NCBI GenBank assembly: GCA_027307335.1
Contig: DAHUXD010000050.1
Coordinates: 536 to 64,535, forward strand
DNA from: Acidobacteriota bacterium
GTDB lineage: Bacteria > Acidobacteriota > Thermoanaerobaculia > UBA5066 > Gp7-AA6
Length of the DNA stretch: 64,000 bases
Direction: 5' to 3'
A program made the translations under genes and the position numbers. Shown one piece after another: positions 63,701 through 64,000 of the stretch (its first letter is position 1; the number at the start of each line of letters is the position of its first letter). The notes under the pieces were generated by a model. That model made no database searches, was not told where the DNA came from, and saw only the letters and a list, made by a program, of their open reading frames with translations.

Positions 63701-64000
63701 GCTGACTGTCTTGGCAGCGACCCGACCGGTCTTGCCGGTCGCCGTACCGGTCGGCGCTCGGTCCGCCAGGACTATCGTGATCCCGGCCGGGCTGGGGAGA
63801 GAACCCAGGTCGATCATCTGACCGTTGGAGTAGAGAAAGGCGTGCTCCTCGGTCGCCGTATAGGCAGAGCCCGTCACCTGACCGGCGTTGTTAAGAGCCA
63901 ATCCCTGACTGTAGCCGCCTCCCAGGGTGCCGAGGTCCGCCATCTGTCCGTTCCAGTACAGAAAGGCGTGCGTCTGCGCATCGCCGGACGTGCTGGCATA
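57767..64000 (-). CDS. Giant surface protein: HAF-repeat propellers, Ig-like domains and 4 CARDB domains (5' end outside window)
   Basis: Repeats 'HAFLYS.G.M.DLGTLGG..S.A..IN..GQ', Big-like 'TTTTL...PTG.V.F...Y.GD' and CARDB 'PDL.V...ETNE.NN'. The frame stays open to position 64000. Confidence 0.9.
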   Translation of the reverse strand, partial: YASTSGDAQTHAFLYWNGQMADLGTLGGGYSQGLALNNAGQVTGSAYTATEEHAFLYSNGQMIDLGSLPSPAGITIVLADRAPTGTATGKTGRVAAKTVSIVGQGLAINDAGLVTGSTPVGGTQHAFAYSAGQMLDLGTPGGFSTGRAINTSGQIVGDSTTSGGESHATLWQPVPASVLTMSTFTVPAGGQVVLAATLTSVGSPVAGKSITFTVNGNPAGSAVTDATGTAALPNVSLVGIPPGSYPGGVVAIFAGDPTLGGATATADLQITCMPLVAVATGSATIHRGESAVLAGAGGTSCVWSPSTGLDNPNSCSLNASPEATTTYNLVVGDGTGCLSANPANVTITVLPASTTTTLSTNRGSALTTQPPIFTAIVAPVLSVDGAPTGQVEFFSNGQSIGRSPVFLKNGQYVALRGGATLGVGSYSITASYLGDSLFGTSSAGAIPQTVAAGSYYPTVLGTLGGTWSQATGLNNLGQVAGNSVIGSGQEHGFRYDGSSMVDIGVLFAIGGDQSSVVAINDSGRLVGTADYVTYGCTSYNCGIFGGQCCYGPSYHDRVISWVPGDLADLGVPGGSADGFGVALNDDGVILCNAGGRGFVDINSTWSDVGTLGGANAQVAAINDDGRIVGTSAIGNGNHAFLDDATMSDLGTLGGTYSQAVAVSAAGPVVGYSYLTSNATYHGFVYSGGTMTDLGTLGGSLSQATAVNAGSDVTGLATIAGDSAQHAFLYSGNQMSDLGTLVGFSYGAAISNAGVVVGYAAASDGNTHGVAFVAGSVIDLGNLGGYASQTVAVNDAGQIAGTYWFAGGSRAVLWSPVPATALSVAPVTALQNSTVTLTAILASAGNPVVGEAVMFSINGASVGSTVTDGSGKATLAGVSLVGILSGGYPNAIAASFAGDAGLGPSAGSADLSVTCGVPVASASGSASITAGSSAPLLGSGGVSCSWVPATGLNDPSSCTPVATPTSTTTYTLTVLDGNGCSSINAPTVTVTVLTNVTTTTNVSTSQPVALTSAPPVFTATVIATPPVLQVTGQVEFFADGVSLGVSPVFVKGGQSIAVHGGATLAPGTYSITANYLGDATFGSSGASPISQTISPGTYFAVDLGTLGGPNSYATKINDSSQIVGRSDLSGGGFHAFLSSAGAMNDLGSLGTDSEAADINASGQVTGAYWSSSTSYHPFLYSGGVMTDLGTLGGSMGIGNGINDDGNVVGYSFLAGDATYQAFLYSGGSLQSLGTLGGSRSAAYGINATGQIVGFSDIPYNVAYHSVLFAQPPIDLGTLSIDAAAFAINNAGVVGGYFTYPPANYEHVALWSGGLLDNSSGDFGRYDLGSDGGALNEANGLSDSGLTVGEVQLSSGIVRAFVSNGAALQDPGGLGGSQAHAYGVNNLGQIVGESNVVGDTASHATLWQPVPVSALTVAPTTGVMGGNVALSAALTSQGAPVVGKTVSFVVGGNVVGSGVTDGAGLASAGGISIASFTAGSYPGAIQASFAGDITLGASSASGDLTIAPAPTTTTLTVDFTSAAQGQTVKLTGTVSPAYSGSPTGVLTFKDGSTVLATIGIDGPPSVIFPTSSLALGSHSLSVSYAGDSNFQPSVSNTVVVTIVAKPDYRVTALSATGPVGAGQPITVTDTTKNFAGGTVTPGVPTAFFLSLDTTLDASDVLLGTRAVPPLASGATSAASTTLTIPAGTAPNTYYIIAKADGNGPVLGNGDVPETLENNNTRASAAIKIGPDLSVTALTVPASGGAGYPIAINDTTNNAAGMSPAPASSTSYYLSTDTTLDASDVLLGSRSVAALAPGASDSGPILSLTIPSNTPTGTYHVIAKADGPNAIFETNENNNTRASGAVKIGPDLTVSSLTAPASSGAGLTLAITDTTSNGGGGDAAASTTSFYLSTDNVLDASDVLLGSLAPGVIAAGGSSTAATNVTIPAGTAAGSYYIIAAADSGNVVSETNETNNTRAKAISIGPDLIISAISAPTSGIHGATISVTVKTKNQGGAPTTVTTASNVYISTTTSPSGAVKATRTVAAGLGVGSIDTSPALSVTLPSTPGSYYIVVVSDDGNAQPEYNETNNVNSKAITVN

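Overview
This is a high-GC bacterial chromosomal window. The gene repertoire points to Acidobacteriota, probably Thermoanaerobaculia (inference): a Ser/Thr kinase-TPR protein, IPTL-CTERM and Cys-containing SLH surface proteins, CRTAC1/ASPIC and BNR/VPS10 propellers, and an atypical Hfq. It carries about 48 CDSs and 3 tRNAs (fMet-CAT, Ser-GCT, Ser-TGA). The main blocks are a pentose uptake/catabolism operon (FucI-family isomerase, ribulokinase, fused ABC ATPase-permease, binding protein), eno-ftsB, ricT/PSP1 plus an Hfq-like gene, a glycosyltransferase cluster, serS, a CRTAC1-halogenase-SDR unit, lhr, a REP-associated tyrosine transposase with flanking GTAG-REPs, and a giant HAF-repeat surface protein cut by the window end. 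I saw no CRISPR, integrase or prophage. The most unusual signals are non-coding or sub-genic. (1) An inverted copy of the tRNA-Ser(GCT) 3' end, with a hairpin insertion in the T-loop, sits just upstream of the tRNA and could make the tRNA an invertible segment. (2) A palindromic repeat family lies inside reading frames in four of six copies, including the junction of the ATPase-permease fusion. (3) An 18-bp inverted-repeat element supplies both the serS stop and part of the next start codon. (4) TAnnnT boxes recur 6-8 nt before start codons, suggesting widespread leaderless mRNAs. All calls come from reading motifs by eye, without database searches, and many starts were re-chosen from the ORF track.
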